Source: an uncultured Dictyoglomota bacterium
GTDB lineage: Bacteria; Dictyoglomota; Dictyoglomia; Dictyoglomales; Dictyoglomaceae
Length of the DNA stretch: 64,000 nt
Direction: 5' to 3'
Assembly (NCBI GenBank): GCA_964654465.1
Contig: CAZZIO010000065.1
Span: forward strand, 123,986-187,985
A program made the position numbers and the translations under genes. The notes below the pieces were generated by a model that was not told the DNA's origin, did no database searches, and saw only the letters and a list, made by a program, of their open reading frames with translations. Positions 10,363-21,143 of this stretch are shown piece after piece; within the stretch, counting starts at the first letter, position 1; every line of letters begins with the position of its first letter.

Positions 10363-12798
10363 TTAACCCATTTCTACTGTTACCTGATGAATTTTTCCAT
10401 CATTAAAAACAGGTAATAAATTCCCTTCTATCTCTTTTCCATCCAATAATATTCTTTTAATACCTTTCGAGACTCCTTTACTATTTTCTATCTTTATATC
10501 ATACACAGCACCCCTGAATTTTCTAACCACTCTAAATTCTTTCCAATCAGGAGGGATACAGGGATCTATTCTGAGACCATCATAATCCGGTCTTATACCC
10601 AATACAAATTGGGATATTAACACAAAAGCCCAAGATGCAGTACCAGTAAGCCATGAATTTTTACCTTCCCCATGTCTTTTAGCATCTTTTCCAGCTACCA
10701 TTTGACAATACACATAAGGCTCCATTTTATGGATCTCACTTTCATCCTCAAAATATGCGGGTGTAATCTTCCTATATACCTCAAAGGCTCTTTTTCCTCT
10801 ACCTATTACCGTCTCTCCTATACCTACCCAAGGATTATTATGGCAAAATATTCCTGCATTTTCCTTGTATCCTGGTGGATAAGAAGAGATCTCGCCCAAT
10901 TCTATATAATATCTGGAATAAGCTGGCTGTTGTAAAACCATACCATATTGGGTATCTAAATACTTAATACAAGAATCTAAAGCAGATATAGCTCTCCCAT
11001 CTTCTACTCCAATTCCTGCCATAGTACATATACCTTGAGGTTCAATAAATATCTTTCCTTCTTCACATTCTTTGCTTCCTACTTTTCTACCAAAGTAATC
11101 ATAGGCCCTTAAAAACCATTCTCCATCCCATCCATACTTGTTAATCGCTTCAATCATTTGCTTTCTTGCTTCTTCAGCCCACTTAGCCTCTTCTTCCTCT
11201 CCCATTGCTTTACACATTCTTATATAATCTGGTGTAGCATATACAAAAAGCCCTGCTATAAATACTGACTCTGCAGTACCACCTTCTACATTAGAGGTAG
11301 TCTGGAAAGATTCATCAGGGGTTTTTGAGAAACAATTAAGATTAAGACAATCATTCCAGTCTGCTCTTCCTATAAGAGGCAAACCATGTGGTCCTAAATT
11401 ATTTGTTACATGATGATAAGCTTTCTTAATATGTTCAAATAGTGTACCTTTCCTATTCTCATCATTATTATAAGGAATTATTTCTTTTAATATATTAAAA
11501 TCCCCAGTCTCTTTTATATAAGCTCCTGTGGAAAGAATAATCCACAAAGGATCATCATTAAAACCACTTCCTATATCATTGTTCCCTCTCTTTGTCAATG
11601 GTTGATATTGATGATAACAACTCCCATCTTCAAACATAGTTGAAGCAAGATCCAAAATTCTCTCCCTTACTCTATTTGGAATCATATGAACAGAACCTAA
11701 GATATCTTGATTTGAATCTCTAAAACCTATTCCTCTACTTATTCCTGATTCAAAATATGATGCGCTTCTTGCCACATTAAAGGTAATCATACATTGATAC
11801 TGATTCCATATATTAACCATCCTTGAAAGAATTTCATCATCATGATTAATTTGATATTTTGATAATATCTCGTCCCAATACTCTTTTAATTCTAAAAAGG
11901 CATTATCAACAGATTTTACATCTTTAAATCTTTCTATCATTTCATAAGCTCTTTTCTTGTTAATTACCCCTGGCCTTTCCCATTTTTCCTCATCAGGATT
12001 TTCAACATAACCTAATATAAATACAAAATCCTTAGATTCCCCAGGTTCTAAATTAACCTCAATATAATGAGATGCAATAGGTGCCCATCCTTCTGCCACT
12101 GAGTTAAATGCCCTTCCTTCAACAACAGCTCTTGGTTCATCAAAACCATTATACATACCTATAAATGTATCTCTGTCTGTATCAAAACCCTGAATTGGAA
12201 CATTTACAGAATAAAAAGCAAAATGATTTCTTCTCTCCCTATATTCCGTCTTGTGATATATGACTGATCCTTCTACTTCTACTTCACCGGTAGAAAGATT
12301 TCTCTGAAAATTAGTTTGATCGTCCCAAGCATTCCATAGACACCATTCCACAAAAGAAAATAGCTTTAAATATCTCTTAGTATTAGAATTATTTTTTAAT
12401 GTCAATTTATGTATCTCACCATTAAACCTCAAAGGTACAAAAAAAAGTATTTCAGCCGAAATTCCGTTCTTCTCCCCCAATATCTTTGTATATGATAGTC
12501 CATGCCTACACTCATATTTATCTAAATCCTTCTTCGTGGGCTTCCATGATGGATTCCAAAAATCTCCATCTTCCCAAATATAGAAATATCTTCCACCATT
12601 ATCCAAAGGTACATTATTGTACCTAAATCTTAATATTCTTCTAAGCCTTGCATCCTTGTAGAAACAATAACCTCCTGCTGTATTTGAAATTATGGAAAAG
12701 AAATCCTCAACCCCCAAATAGTTAATCCAAGGAAACGGAGTTTGAGGGGTTGTTATAACATACTCCCTATTTTTATCATCAAAATATCCAAATCTCAT
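10363..12798 (-). CDS. cbpA: GH94 cellobiose phosphorylase
   Basis: 811 aa; [26 protein letters not shown] (catalytic Asp), [31 protein letters not shown]. Confidence 0.9.
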   Translation of the reverse strand: MRFGYFDDKNREYVITTPQTPFPWINYLGVEDFFSIISNTAGGYCFYKDARLRRILRFRYNNVPLDNGGRYFYIWEDGDFWNPSWKPTKKDLDKYECRHGLSYTKILGEKNGISAEILFFVPLRFNGEIHKLTLKNNSNTKRYLKLFSFVEWCLWNAWDDQTNFQRNLSTGEVEVEGSVIYHKTEYRERRNHFAFYSVNVPIQGFDTDRDTFIGMYNGFDEPRAVVEGRAFNSVAEGWAPIASHYIEVNLEPGESKDFVFILGYVENPDEEKWERPGVINKKRAYEMIERFKDVKSVDNAFLELKEYWDEILSKYQINHDDEILSRMVNIWNQYQCMITFNVARSASYFESGISRGIGFRDSNQDILGSVHMIPNRVRERILDLASTMFEDGSCYHQYQPLTKRGNNDIGSGFNDDPLWIILSTGAYIKETGDFNILKEIIPYNNDENRKGTLFEHIKKAYHHVTNNLGPHGLPLIGRADWNDCLNLNCFSKTPDESFQTTSNVEGGTAESVFIAGLFVYATPDYIRMCKAMGEEEEAKWAEEARKQMIEAINKYGWDGEWFLRAYDYFGRKVGSKECEEGKIFIEPQGICTMAGIGVEDGRAISALDSCIKYLDTQYGMVLQQPAYSRYYIELGEISSYPPGYKENAGIFCHNNPWVGIGETVIGRGKRAFEVYRKITPAYFEDESEIHKMEPYVYCQMVAGKDAKRHGEGKNSWLTGTASWAFVLISQFVLGIRPDYDGLRIDPCIPPDWKEFRVVRKFRGAVYDIKIENSKGVSKGIKRILLDGKEIEGNLLPVFNDGKIHQVTVEMG

Positions 12799-12814
12799 TT
12801 TTAATTCTCCTCCT

Positions 12815-15244
12815 TTATCCCATAATTACTATTATCTCATTATCATCTTTCAAATCTTCTTCTAAAATAAAATTACCCTCAACCTCTCTTCCATTGAGGT
12901 TAATAGCTTTCACACCCTTCTGTACCCCATTTGGATTTTCCACTTTAATCCTCAATTTTTTACCCCTAAAGACTTTCTCTATATAAAATTCTTTCCAATG
13001 AGATGGTACACAAGGATCGATCACTATACCGTCATAATCAGGCTTAATTCCAAGTATTCCTTCTACAGCAGCTACCATCATGCTGGAGGCAGTACCAGTT
13101 AACCAATGAACATGTGCTCTCCCATGATAAGGACTATCCTTTCCTTCCACAAACTGACAATGGACATAAGGCTCTGCTTCCCTTATCTCTGCTTTATCAT
13201 TCATATTGGCTGGATTTACTTCTTGATAATATTTGAAGGCTCTATCTCCATTACCAAGAATGGTCTCTGCTTTTATAAGCCATCCTTGGGGATGGCAGAA
13301 AATTCCTGCATTTTCCTTCATACCTGGATTGAAGAGAATCATTCTAAATACAGGAAATCCCCAAGTCCTTACAGGTGGATACATAATCATAGCTCCATAG
13401 TCAGTATTAAGTATTTTTTCCACATTATCCATTGAAATCTTTGCTTGTTCTTCTGTAGCCACCCCACTTAATACAGCCCAAACCTGTGGATTAAGCCAGA
13501 AACTCGCCTCATTGTTATTCTTAGACCCTATAACTTCATCTCCTATAAATCCTCTTACAAACCTGTCTCCTTCCCAAGCATATTTCTGTATGTTTTCATA
13601 TAATTTAAGGGCTTCCTTTTCAGCCCATTCTACATCTTCTTTTTTACCTTTTCTTTCAGCAAACTCAGCAAATATCTTTAGTGCAAGATACAATTGCATG
13701 GATGCAAAAACTGTCTCTCCTTCTTCCCCAAGTCTTAAAGTATCATTCCAATCAGCATCTAATCCAAAAGTCAATCCGTGCTTACCTAATTTACTAAGAG
13801 AGAATAAAATACCTTTTCTTAAATGTTCATATACTGTATCTTCCCCATAATCAGAATAAGGTATTACTTCATCCAAAAATGCCAAATCTCCAGTTTCTTT
13901 AATGTATTGCCTTATGGTAATATACAGCCACAAATGGTCATCACATCTATATTCAGTGTATCCAGTTCTCTTTACATAATACGGATTATCCAATGATAAG
14001 CCTTGATTAGGTTTAATCTCATAATCAAAAAATACTAAAGGCAAAGCTACCCCTTTAGATGTTTGTCCCGCTAACATAAGTCTTAACCTTTTCTTTGCCT
14101 CTTGTGGTTCAAGATGAATTATTCCTTGTATATCTTGTACAGTATCTCTATATCCGTATCCATCCCTTTGCCCCACATAAATCATAGAGGCAGCTCTTGA
14201 CCAGAAGAAAGTAATAAAACATTGATATGCATTCCATATATTAACCATAGTATCGAAGTTCTCGTCTGGAGTCTTAACTTTAAAGCCTTCAAGTTTTGAT
14301 TGCCAATAATTCTTAAGTTCATTCCACTCCTTTTCAACTATACCTTTTTCTTTATATTTTGCCATGACCTGTCTACCTGTAGCTTCTGCTCCTTGACCAA
14401 GTACATATATTACTTCTCTTTCTTCTCCTGATTCTAAATCCAAAACAACTTGAGTACCAGCACAACTATTTTTACCATAATTTAGACTATTACTACACAT
14501 TCCTCTTTCCACTGCAATAGGATTTGAGTAATCTCTATAACTTCCTATAAATATGTCTCTGTCACCATCATAAGAAACAACTTTCTCTCCAATCACTCCA
14601 AAAAATCTGTTAAATCTTCTACCACTTATTCCTTCTTCTTGAGGTATAACTCTACCAATCTCTGAATAATTTTCATTTATTGTCTGTATTATAAGATTAT
14701 CTTTATAATAGGTTTTAGATATATAAAGGGTATATTGCATATTTACTAAATCTTGCGTTTCATTGGGTTCATTTGTAAATTCTGCATAACTAAAAAGGGA
14801 AATCTTTCTTCTTCTTCCACTATTATTTCTAACTTTTATTGCCCATACTTCATATAGTTCATTTAAGGGGACATAATATAAGGTCTCAGTTTCTATACCA
14901 TCGTATTTTGAAGTTATAATCGTATAAAGAATACCATGTCTACATATAGATTCATACTTTGATAAATCTTTTTTTACAGGAAGCCAAGATGCGGACCAAT
15001 AATCTCCATTCTCCATATCCCTAAGATATATATATCTTCCAGGAGCTGTGGTAGGTGGAACATTGAATCTTCCTCTTAATATTCTTCCGCTTGCCCCTGA
15101 TTTGACGAAACTATAACCTTGAGCGTTATTAGTAATAATAGCTCCATATTCTAAAGATCCAAGATAATTAGTCCATTCCCTCGGAGTATCAGGCCTGGTA
15201 ATAACATATTCTTTTCTCTCACTATCAAAATAGCCAAATCTCAT
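12815..15244 (-). CDS. Second GH94 glycoside phosphorylase, specificity uncertain
   Basis: 809 aa; [34 protein letters not shown]; acceptor-site loops differ from the neighbouring cellobiose phosphorylase. Confidence 0.85.
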   Translation of the reverse strand: MRFGYFDSERKEYVITRPDTPREWTNYLGSLEYGAIITNNAQGYSFVKSGASGRILRGRFNVPPTTAPGRYIYLRDMENGDYWSASWLPVKKDLSKYESICRHGILYTIITSKYDGIETETLYYVPLNELYEVWAIKVRNNSGRRRKISLFSYAEFTNEPNETQDLVNMQYTLYISKTYYKDNLIIQTINENYSEIGRVIPQEEGISGRRFNRFFGVIGEKVVSYDGDRDIFIGSYRDYSNPIAVERGMCSNSLNYGKNSCAGTQVVLDLESGEEREVIYVLGQGAEATGRQVMAKYKEKGIVEKEWNELKNYWQSKLEGFKVKTPDENFDTMVNIWNAYQCFITFFWSRAASMIYVGQRDGYGYRDTVQDIQGIIHLEPQEAKKRLRLMLAGQTSKGVALPLVFFDYEIKPNQGLSLDNPYYVKRTGYTEYRCDDHLWLYITIRQYIKETGDLAFLDEVIPYSDYGEDTVYEHLRKGILFSLSKLGKHGLTFGLDADWNDTLRLGEEGETVFASMQLYLALKIFAEFAERKGKKEDVEWAEKEALKLYENIQKYAWEGDRFVRGFIGDEVIGSKNNNEASFWLNPQVWAVLSGVATEEQAKISMDNVEKILNTDYGAMIMYPPVRTWGFPVFRMILFNPGMKENAGIFCHPQGWLIKAETILGNGDRAFKYYQEVNPANMNDKAEIREAEPYVHCQFVEGKDSPYHGRAHVHWLTGTASSMMVAAVEGILGIKPDYDGIVIDPCVPSHWKEFYIEKVFRGKKLRIKVENPNGVQKGVKAINLNGREVEGNFILEEDLKDDNEIIVIMG

Positions 15245-15331
15245 GAATAAACCCCCTTATCTATTTAATTTTTCATAAACTTTATTAAGAAACCAGTTAT
15301 AATTTCATCAAGAAACTTTTACTTAATATGT

Positions 15332-15360
15332 ATAGTACAGACTTAGATAGCATATGTCAA
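15332..15360 (-). promoter_or_regulatory. Sigma70-type promoter of the GH94 operon
   Basis: Minus strand TTGACA (15360-15355), 17 nt, TACTAT (15337-15332). Confidence 0.7.
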
Positions 15361-15385
15361 TAAGGGTATTAAACTAATTATAAAA

Positions 15386-15422
15386 AAGGCTGGAAAGATA
15401 ATTTAATATCCTTCCAGCCCTT
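15386..15422 (-). terminator. Intrinsic terminator after eda
   Basis: GGCTGGAAaGATA...TATCcTTCCAGCC stem flanked by A-runs. Confidence 0.7.
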
Positions 15423-15453
15423 AAAAAATACCTTTTATAAAATTAAAATTTTA

Positions 15454-16098
15454 TTACGATCTTGCCTTTTTAATTTCCTCTATATAATTTTTTGCTCTCT
15501 CTGTTAATATTTCGAATTTTTTCTCTGCAATAACCTTTTTATCTACCAAATTTCCCCCAACTCCTACAAAACAGGCACCAGCCTTAATGAATTCTCCCAC
15601 ATTTTCTAAACTTACTCCTCCTGTAGGAGATATTCTAATATATGGCATAGGTCCATGTATAGCTTTTATATATTTAGGTCCTAATGTATCTGCGGGAAAA
15701 AGCTTTACCACATCCGCTCCTTCTTCCCAAGCAGTTAATATCTCTGTAGGTGTATAAGCTCCAGAAACAGCTATTTTATCATACCTATGACATAAATTTA
15801 TAATTTCTTTCTTTAAAACTGGAGAAACAATGAAATCTGCACCAGCGAGAATAGCCATTCTTGCAGTTTCAGGATCTAATACTGTACCCATACCAACTAT
15901 GGCTTCTTTGCCAAGAGCCTTCTTCACTTTTGGCAAATATTCTATAGCTAAAGGGACTGTCATTGTAATCTCTAAAGAAATAACTCCTCCGTCATATAAA
16001 GCTTTAGTCACATCCAATAAATCTTCGGGAGAATCTGTTCTTATTACCGCCACTATTCCACATTCTATCATTCTTTCTAAAATATCATATCGCCCCAT
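15454..16098 (-). CDS. eda: KDPG/KHG aldolase
   Basis: VAVIR, LEITMT, GMGTVLD, TPTEI, VKLFPA (Schiff-base Lys), PTGGV. Confidence 0.9.
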   Translation of the reverse strand: MGRYDILERMIECGIVAVIRTDSPEDLLDVTKALYDGGVISLEITMTVPLAIEYLPKVKKALGKEAIVGMGTVLDPETARMAILAGADFIVSPVLKKEIINLCHRYDKIAVSGAYTPTEILTAWEEGADVVKLFPADTLGPKYIKAIHGPMPYIRISPTGGVSLENVGEFIKAGACFVGVGGNLVDKKVIAEKKFEILTERAKNYIEEIKKARS

Positions 16099-16112
16099 AA
16101 TAATTCCTCCCC

Positions 16113-16919
16113 TTACCTTTTAGATTCCCTTATAATTTTCTCTACCGCTTTAATCCACTTATGATTAGGATCATCATTAATAATTGACTCCCTTATGTCT
16201 CCTGCAAGTATCCAGAGATAGTAGAGTTGGTATCCAGGAGCAGAAACTACAGGATGATACCCTCTGTTTATTAGGAGTAAGGAATTATCTTCTATCAAAT
16301 AAACATTATCTATATCCCTTTCAGGTGTATAAACCCTTTGCAACCCAAATCCATTAGGAGGATTTAATTTATAAAAATATACCTCCTCCATCTTCACCTC
16401 TTCAGGATAATTATTGGTATCGTGCTTATGAGGTGGATAGCTGGACCAATTACCTGGAGGATTTATAGTCTCTCCAATTAATAACCTTTTTGCCTTTATT
16501 CTCCTATCAATAATATCCTTTACATCTCTCCTCCAATTATGTACTCCCACATCTCTAATTATCACGTCCCCAGGTTTGATTAATTTTACCTCTTCATCTG
16601 TTTTTACCCTTGTTTTGCAGATAGCAACCTCTATATTTTCCAAAGCTTCAATTTTCACCTCTTTATTATTAGGTATATAAAGTGCATAAGCATTTCCATC
16701 GAAAACATTTCTTCTTGCCCCTAAATTATCATATTTTATATCATCTATAGTTACATTAAGTTTACCTGTCAATATAATAAGGCCAATTTCATAATCTTTT
16801 GAATTAAAAGAATAGGAATCTCCTTTCTCTCCTTTAAATATATCTAATTCTATGTATTCCATTTCACCTGGTTTCACAAGGGAGTTTAAGCCTTTCTCAA
16901 GAATAACCTTTCTAAACAT
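16113..16919 (-). CDS. iolB: 5-deoxy-glucuronate isomerase (IolB/KduI family)
   Basis: GNWSSYPPHKHD, EEVYFY, RGYHPV motifs. Start moved to ATG 16919, after SD AGGAGGAG. Confidence 0.88.
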   Translation of the reverse strand: MFRKVILEKGLNSLVKPGEMEYIELDIFKGEKGDSYSFNSKDYEIGLIILTGKLNVTIDDIKYDNLGARRNVFDGNAYALYIPNNKEVKIEALENIEVAICKTRVKTDEEVKLIKPGDVIIRDVGVHNWRRDVKDIIDRRIKAKRLLIGETINPPGNWSSYPPHKHDTNNYPEEVKMEEVYFYKLNPPNGFGLQRVYTPERDIDNVYLIEDNSLLLINRGYHPVVSAPGYQLYYLWILAGDIRESIINDDPNHKWIKAVEKIIRESKR

Positions 16920-17043
16920 ATTTACTCCTCCTTTTTTATCACTAAAAAATAATAGAGGCATTATTGAATGATATAATGATTAACTTTTTTTGTCAAGAGT
17001 AAAAATACAGCAAGCGTTTATTAAATCAATATTAAAAAATTAA

Positions 17044-17068
17044 GGGATTCCCCCTATAAAGGAATCCC
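17044..17068 (-). terminator. Probable terminator after the lipoprotein gene
   Basis: GGGATTCC-9 nt-GGAATCCC stem. Confidence 0.6.
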
Positions 17069-17101
17069 CTAATAATGAATTTTTTGTTTATTATAAAATA
17101 T

Positions 17102-17983
17102 TTATTGCAAATAATTAGACAAATGAAGTTCTAAATATAGATCATCATATCCGTAAGTTGTAGGATCCCCGTCACTATCTTTACTTCCTGAAATCTTCAA
17201 GATAGGATCATTGGTATTATCCCCAACAACAGAAGAAGATGCAGAAATCATAAGTTTATTATCTATATTTATATTATTTTCAAAGTCAACATATATAGCA
17301 TAAATAGAAAACTTTCCGGTTAAAACTGGGAAATTGTTAAAATTACTTAATTTAACCACACCTACGTTTTCTAAAGACATTGTCAGTCCAATTTTATTTA
17401 CTTTATTTGGATCTGTATAACCATATAAATAATAAGAAGATCTCAAACTTACAGGATAAGCACCATCAATACCATTTTTTATGTCCTTATTAAAAATAAA
17501 ATACCCTTCTATACGCGCTCCCAACACTTGATTATTTAATTGAGAATACCCATCTAATACATATTCAAGTCTCTTTACTGAAGAATAATATCTTACTTTT
17601 AGGTAACTTCCAGTATCAATTTGTAACATATACCAACCATTAGCATCTGGCCCTTGCCATTCATTTGTAGGCTCAATTGTTATTTTCTCGAGTGGAGTCT
17701 TTATAGCTTCTTTTAATGACATGGATTTGCTAATCATTAGATTATTAAAGCTTCTACTAATTGGTGATACCAGTGAACTTCCTTGATTAAAAACAACACT
17801 TGGTATGTCCATATAAATATCTATGTTCTTGGCGTAATCCGAATCAGTATTAATTACAGTAGCATAAATATTGTTTAGTTGATCTTGGGTTAAATCTTTA
17901 TCTGGTTGTGGCTCCTGTTTTACACAACCTGAAAGAAAAATCGCAAGGATGGCTATTAAGATTAATATCAAACATTTTTTCAT
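17102..17983 (-). CDS. Hypothetical lipoprotein
   Basis: MKKCLILILIAILAIFLSGC signal with LSGC lipobox; SD AGGAGGA 10 nt upstream of ATG 17983; no recognisable domain. Confidence 0.75.
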   Translation of the reverse strand: MKKCLILILIAILAIFLSGCVKQEPQPDKDLTQDQLNNIYATVINTDSDYAKNIDIYMDIPSVVFNQGSSLVSPISRSFNNLMISKSMSLKEAIKTPLEKITIEPTNEWQGPDANGWYMLQIDTGSYLKVRYYSSVKRLEYVLDGYSQLNNQVLGARIEGYFIFNKDIKNGIDGAYPVSLRSSYYLYGYTDPNKVNKIGLTMSLENVGVVKLSNFNNFPVLTGKFSIYAIYVDFENNINIDNKLMISASSSVVGDNTNDPILKISGSKDSDGDPTTYGYDDLYLELHLSNYLQ

Positions 17984-18146
17984 GAACAATTAATCCTCCT
18001 TCCCCAAAATTTTATACATTATTATTATAGCAATATATCTTAAAGGGTGTATTAAAAAATTTTCAATTCCTAAAAACTAATTGTTGATATAATAAAATAC
18101 ACTTACAAAATTAATTTTAATTTCTTTAGGAGGTATATAAAAAAAG

Positions 18147-19478
18147 ATGTGTAAAAAGATAACTTTTATTGGGGCTGGAAGTCTTGGATTTACAAGAAAT
18201 TTAGTACGTGATCTCCTTACCTTTCCTTCTTTTCAAGATGCTCATATTTTTTTAATGGATATAGACGAGGAAAGATTGAATTATTCAAAATTGATGGTAG
18301 AAAAAATAGTAAAAGCTGGAAATTATCCTGCAAAAGTATTTGCCACATTAAATAGACAAGAAGCATTAGATGGAGCTGATGCAGTCATAATAACTATTCT
18401 CGTTGGTGGAGTACAAATTTGGAGACATGATATAGAAATACCTAAAAAATATGGTGTAGATATAAATGTAGGAGATACAAGAGGCCCCGCAGGAATTTTT
18501 AGGGCTCTAAGAACTATTCCTGTAATGATAGATATTGCTAAAGACATTGAGAAACATTGCCCAGAAGCAATAGTTTTAAACTATACAAACCCTATGGCAA
18601 TGCTCATAAGAGCAGTACAAACAGTTTCTAAAATTAAAATCGTAGGACTATGCCATAGCGTACAAGGAACGGCTGAAATGCTTGCCCGCTGGATAGGAGC
18701 ACCTATGAATGAAATTACTTATTTTTGCGCTGGAATAAATCATCAGGCCTGGTTTTTGAAATATGAATGGAAGGGAAAAGATGCCTATCCTCTTATTAGA
18801 GAAGCAATTTTAACAAGACCTGAAATTTATAAAGAAGAAATTGTAAGAAACGAAATGTTTTTACAATTAGGATATTATGTCACAGAATCTTCAGGGCACA
18901 ATTCGGAATACAACCCTTGGTTTAGAAAAAGACAAGACCTTATTGAAAAATATTGTCTTCCAGGTACAGGATGGAATCCAGGAGAATGGGGTTATATATT
19001 AAAAGAATATCTTAAGAGAGAGAACACTTGGAGAAAAGAGGTTAAAGAGTGGATTGAGAAAGAACCAATCAACCTTGAAAGAGGGCATGAATATGCTGCA
19101 TATATATTAAATGCTATTTTAGGCGATGGGACCATATTCGAATTTAATGGTAATATTAGGAATTTTGGTCTTATTGATAATTTACCTTATGGGGCTTGTG
19201 TAGAAGTACCTATTATTGCGTCAAAAAGAGGTTTCGATTCTATAAAGGTAGGTAATCTTCCACCTCAGGTTGCTATCTTAAACTACATAAACTCATCTTG
19301 TGAAGAATTAGCTGTAGAAGGATCTCTTGAAGGTGATCCTAAAAAGATATTCTATGCAATAGCTTATGATCCCCTTACATCAGCAGTTTTATCCTTAGCT
19401 GAAATAAAACAGATGGTAAAAGAGATGTTTGAAATTAATAAAGATTATCTTCCTCAATTTAAAAATTTTGAGATATAA
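18147..19478 (+). CDS. melA: GH4 NAD+/Mn2+-dependent alpha-galactosidase
   Basis: [44 protein letters not shown]. Confidence 0.88.
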   Translation: MCKKITFIGAGSLGFTRNLVRDLLTFPSFQDAHIFLMDIDEERLNYSKLMVEKIVKAGNYPAKVFATLNRQEALDGADAVIITILVGGVQIWRHDIEIPKKYGVDINVGDTRGPAGIFRALRTIPVMIDIAKDIEKHCPEAIVLNYTNPMAMLIRAVQTVSKIKIVGLCHSVQGTAEMLARWIGAPMNEITYFCAGINHQAWFLKYEWKGKDAYPLIREAILTRPEIYKEEIVRNEMFLQLGYYVTESSGHNSEYNPWFRKRQDLIEKYCLPGTGWNPGEWGYILKEYLKRENTWRKEVKEWIEKEPINLERGHEYAAYILNAILGDGTIFEFNGNIRNFGLIDNLPYGACVEVPIIASKRGFDSIKVGNLPPQVAILNYINSSCEELAVEGSLEGDPKKIFYAIAYDPLTSAVLSLAEIKQMVKEMFEINKDYLPQFKNFEI

Positions 19479-19492
19479 AAAGGTAAAAAGAT

Positions 19493-20353
19493 ATGAACAA
19501 ATTGTTAGCTTTAGTATCTGTAATAATATCTTGCCTCTTCTGGAGCATCTCTTTTTCTGTTTCCAAAATACTTCTAAATGAATATTCTCCTTTTGAACTA
19601 TCCTTTATAAGATTTTTTCTTGCCTTTATATTTTCTGCTATTCTTTTTTATCCAAAGATTAGAAAAACTCCTTTGCATTGGAAATATCAAAAACCTCTAT
19701 TTATAGCGGGAATGTTAGGGGTCACATTATATTTTGTCTTTGAAAACTCTGGTTTAAAATATACCGACGCTTCAGAAGGAGCCCTTATTGTGGGCTCCTT
19801 TCCTGCCTTGGGATTAATTGTAGAATTTCTCACCTCAAAAGAAAAAATACCAATGAATAGATTATGGGGTGTAGTACTTTCCATAATTGGAGTATTACTG
19901 ATCATAGGAGATTCTGGAATTAACTTAAAATTTAACAATTTATTTGGTGATATTCTTGTACTTCTATCAGGGGTGATGTGGGTAATATACAATTGGGAAA
20001 TAAAAAAGGTTAATCATCTTTACTCCCACGAAGTAATAACTACCTTCCAAATGCTATGGGGAACCCTTTTATTTATTCCTTTTTTAACCTTTACAAGAAT
20101 GCATATAAAAATTAATTTTCCTATTTTCTTATCACTTTTTTATTTATCATTCTTTTGTTCCGTATTAGGCTACCTACTTTACAACTATGGTTTAAAACAT
20201 CTTTCTGTAAGTCAAGTTGTAAATCTCTTAAATTTAATTCCACTTTTCGGAGCTATTTGGGGTGTAATTTATTTAAAAGAGACCTTAAGTTTTTTAAAAA
20301 TTATAGGCGGAATATTCATTATCTCAGGCGTTAGTCTATCATCTAAAAAATAA
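19493..20353 (+). CDS. DMT/EamA-family transporter
   Basis: Two EamA repeats (FWSISF, FIRF, GDILVL, LIPLFG..GE-like); about 10 TM. Confidence 0.88.
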   Translation: MNKLLALVSVIISCLFWSISFSVSKILLNEYSPFELSFIRFFLAFIFSAILFYPKIRKTPLHWKYQKPLFIAGMLGVTLYFVFENSGLKYTDASEGALIVGSFPALGLIVEFLTSKEKIPMNRLWGVVLSIIGVLLIIGDSGINLKFNNLFGDILVLLSGVMWVIYNWEIKKVNHLYSHEVITTFQMLWGTLLFIPFLTFTRMHIKINFPIFLSLFYLSFFCSVLGYLLYNYGLKHLSVSQVVNLLNLIPLFGAIWGVIYLKETLSFLKIIGGIFIISGVSLSSKK

Positions 20354-20354
20354 T

Positions 20355-20385
20355 AAGAGCCTACCCTTTACTCGGGTAGGCTCTT
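20355..20385. terminator. Bidirectional terminator between convergent DMT and CBM9 genes
   Basis: AAGAGCCTACCC-7 nt-GGGTAGGCTCTT perfect 12-bp stem, followed by TT. Confidence 0.85.
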
Positions 20386-20410
20386 TTCTAAAAATCTCTA
20401 ACCAAAGATT

Positions 20411-21061
20411 TTATTTTTCAAGCTTTAAATTTCCAAAATAGGAAGCATTTCTCCAAGCCTCATTATCCCACTCATTCCATGCAACTATTCCAACTCTATT
20501 TGCAAACATATTTGCATCATTTACTTGTAAATCAAACCCAATTACCATTCCTTCACTTAATTTCCTTGTTCTCATCTTTACCTGAGCTTCTACAACATAC
20601 CCAAAATCAGTCTTTCTTGTAGCTGTTACAAAATAGTCTTTAGAGGCATTAGTTCCAAAACTTTGATAATTATCGAAGTTTACTCTATACTGAGCATCAT
20701 TGTTATCATACGAAGAAGCTTTCTCATTTCCTTCGTCCACAAATATCTCTACAGAATCTTGTTCCCAAGGATTAGTATTATCTTTATTTAAAAGAGAATC
20801 ATAAACTTCTGCCAAAACATATATACTATCTTCATCCCACAATACTCTAAATTTAGCATAAGCTACTTTACCCTTTGTACCTGATACATATCTATCTGTT
20901 ACATACTCATTGGCAGACTTCCAAACCTCATCCATTTGGGCATCAATTTTAGGTTTGCCATATTTAGCTACTGCAGTTTGTGTTTGTTGTCCGAGAGTCA
21001 AAGATGCTAAAATAAAAAGAACAAATAAGGATAAAATCAGAATAAAACTTAACTTTTTCAT
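20411..21061 (-). CDS. Secreted stand-alone CBM9 carbohydrate-binding protein
   Basis: Signal peptide, then AKYGKPKID, RVLWDE, LNKDNTNPWEQDSVEIF, DAQYRVN, GFDLQVND, AWRNASYFGNL, as in xylanase CBM9-2 modules. Confidence 0.85.
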   Translation of the reverse strand: MKKLSFILILSLFVLFILASLTLGQQTQTAVAKYGKPKIDAQMDEVWKSANEYVTDRYVSGTKGKVAYAKFRVLWDEDSIYVLAEVYDSLLNKDNTNPWEQDSVEIFVDEGNEKASSYDNNDAQYRVNFDNYQSFGTNASKDYFVTATRKTDFGYVVEAQVKMRTRKLSEGMVIGFDLQVNDANMFANRVGIVAWNEWDNEAWRNASYFGNLKLEK

Positions 21062-21143
21062 ACCAACTCCCCCTTTAATAAAATTTTAATAAGAATTATA
21101 AAGTTAATTAAATAATTCTGTCAACCGTTCTTTTAATATTCCC

